Shown here in pieces: positions 63,574 through 64,000 of a DNA stretch of 64,000 nt. The translations under genes were made by a program, and so were the position numbers. Numbering within the stretch: the first letter of the stretch is position 1; each line of letters begins with the position of its first letter. The stretch is from a virus (Duplodnaviria; Caudoviricetes): positions 1 through 64,000 of IMG/VR virus record IMGVR_UViG_2974679032_000001; one strand, given 5' to 3'. The notes beneath the pieces were generated by a model. The model saw nothing but the letters and a program-made list of their open reading frames with translations. It had not been told where the DNA came from and ran no database searches.

Positions 63574-64000
63574 GCGTCGAGCTGGGCGAGGACGACTACC
63601 GGCCAGACGAGCTGCTGGTCCCGGCGCTGCTGGCCGGCTCGCCGACCACGATGGCCGATCTGTGCCCGGCCGACCGCGCCTGGGCGGTGGCCTCGATGAA
63701 GCTGGAGGGGCTGACCGCCGAGGAGATCAGAGAGCGCCTGGAGTGCTCGCTGCGCCTGGTGCGATCCATCGCCGCCGACCCTGGGGCGATCTTCGCCCGG
63801 CTCTACCTCATCGAGCGCGAGGCGTTCGCCGACACCCTGCGGATGCTCCAGGCCGAGGTGGCTCGCCTGGACCGCGAGCGTGCCGAGGAGGCCAGCGCCG
63901 CCGCGCGCTACAAGCGCCAGCTCGACGGGATGATCGACCGGATGATGACCGGCGAGGCCGGGCCAGCCTTCCCCAAGTGCGGCCACCCCAAGACCCGGTA
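63570..64000 (+). CDS. HTH-containing protein, truncated by the window end
   Basis: GTG; DRAWAVASMKLEGLTAEEIRERLECSLRLVRSI; coiled coil; KCGH. Confidence 0.65.
   Translation, partial: MSVELGEDDYRPDELLVPALLAGSPTTMADLCPADRAWAVASMKLEGLTAEEIRERLECSLRLVRSIAADPGAIFARLYLIEREAFADTLRMLQAEVARLDRERAEEASAAARYKRQLDGMIDRMMTGEAGPAFPKCGHPKTR

Noticed and set aside
1-64000. tRNA, rRNA, IS elements, introns or inteins
   Set aside because: No cloverleaf, transposase or splicing motifs recognised by eye; a tRNAscan/Infernal run would be needed to exclude them formally

Overview
This is a high-GC actinobacteriophage genome segment with the architecture of a cluster B-type mycobacteriophage (Rosebush-like; assigned from gene order and motifs, no search run). 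From the left: a parB-like gene, a 7-deazaguanine DNA-modification cassette (dpdA/TGT-like, queC, queD, queE, folE), a P-loop kinase, terminase, inverted ruvC, portal, MuF-protease fusion and capsid genes. Then come a membrane/holin cluster, tail genes, a 2160-aa tape measure protein with Rpf-like and NlpC/P60-like domains, minor tail genes and lysin A/B. A leftward replication block follows (exonuclease, SF2 helicase, primase-helicase, Pol A), then a rightward accessory arm. The least-explained signals are non-coding. (1) A tandem-duplicated module at 57.8-60.4 kb: strong leftward promoter, structured spacer, paralogous repeat protein and RHH gene with GGTTAG operators. (2) A CAC(G/C)-N9-TANNNT promoter in front of 8 late genes. 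(3) A dispersed 15-bp CCCGA-N3-SGGAGGG intergenic motif. (4) A three-copy 5'-leader hairpin cassette. (5) About 19 leaderless-type starts. (6) A displaced tail-chaperone paralog with a likely -1 frameshift at about 39,363. No integrase, tRNA or CRISPR array was seen. All product calls are by motif recognition only.
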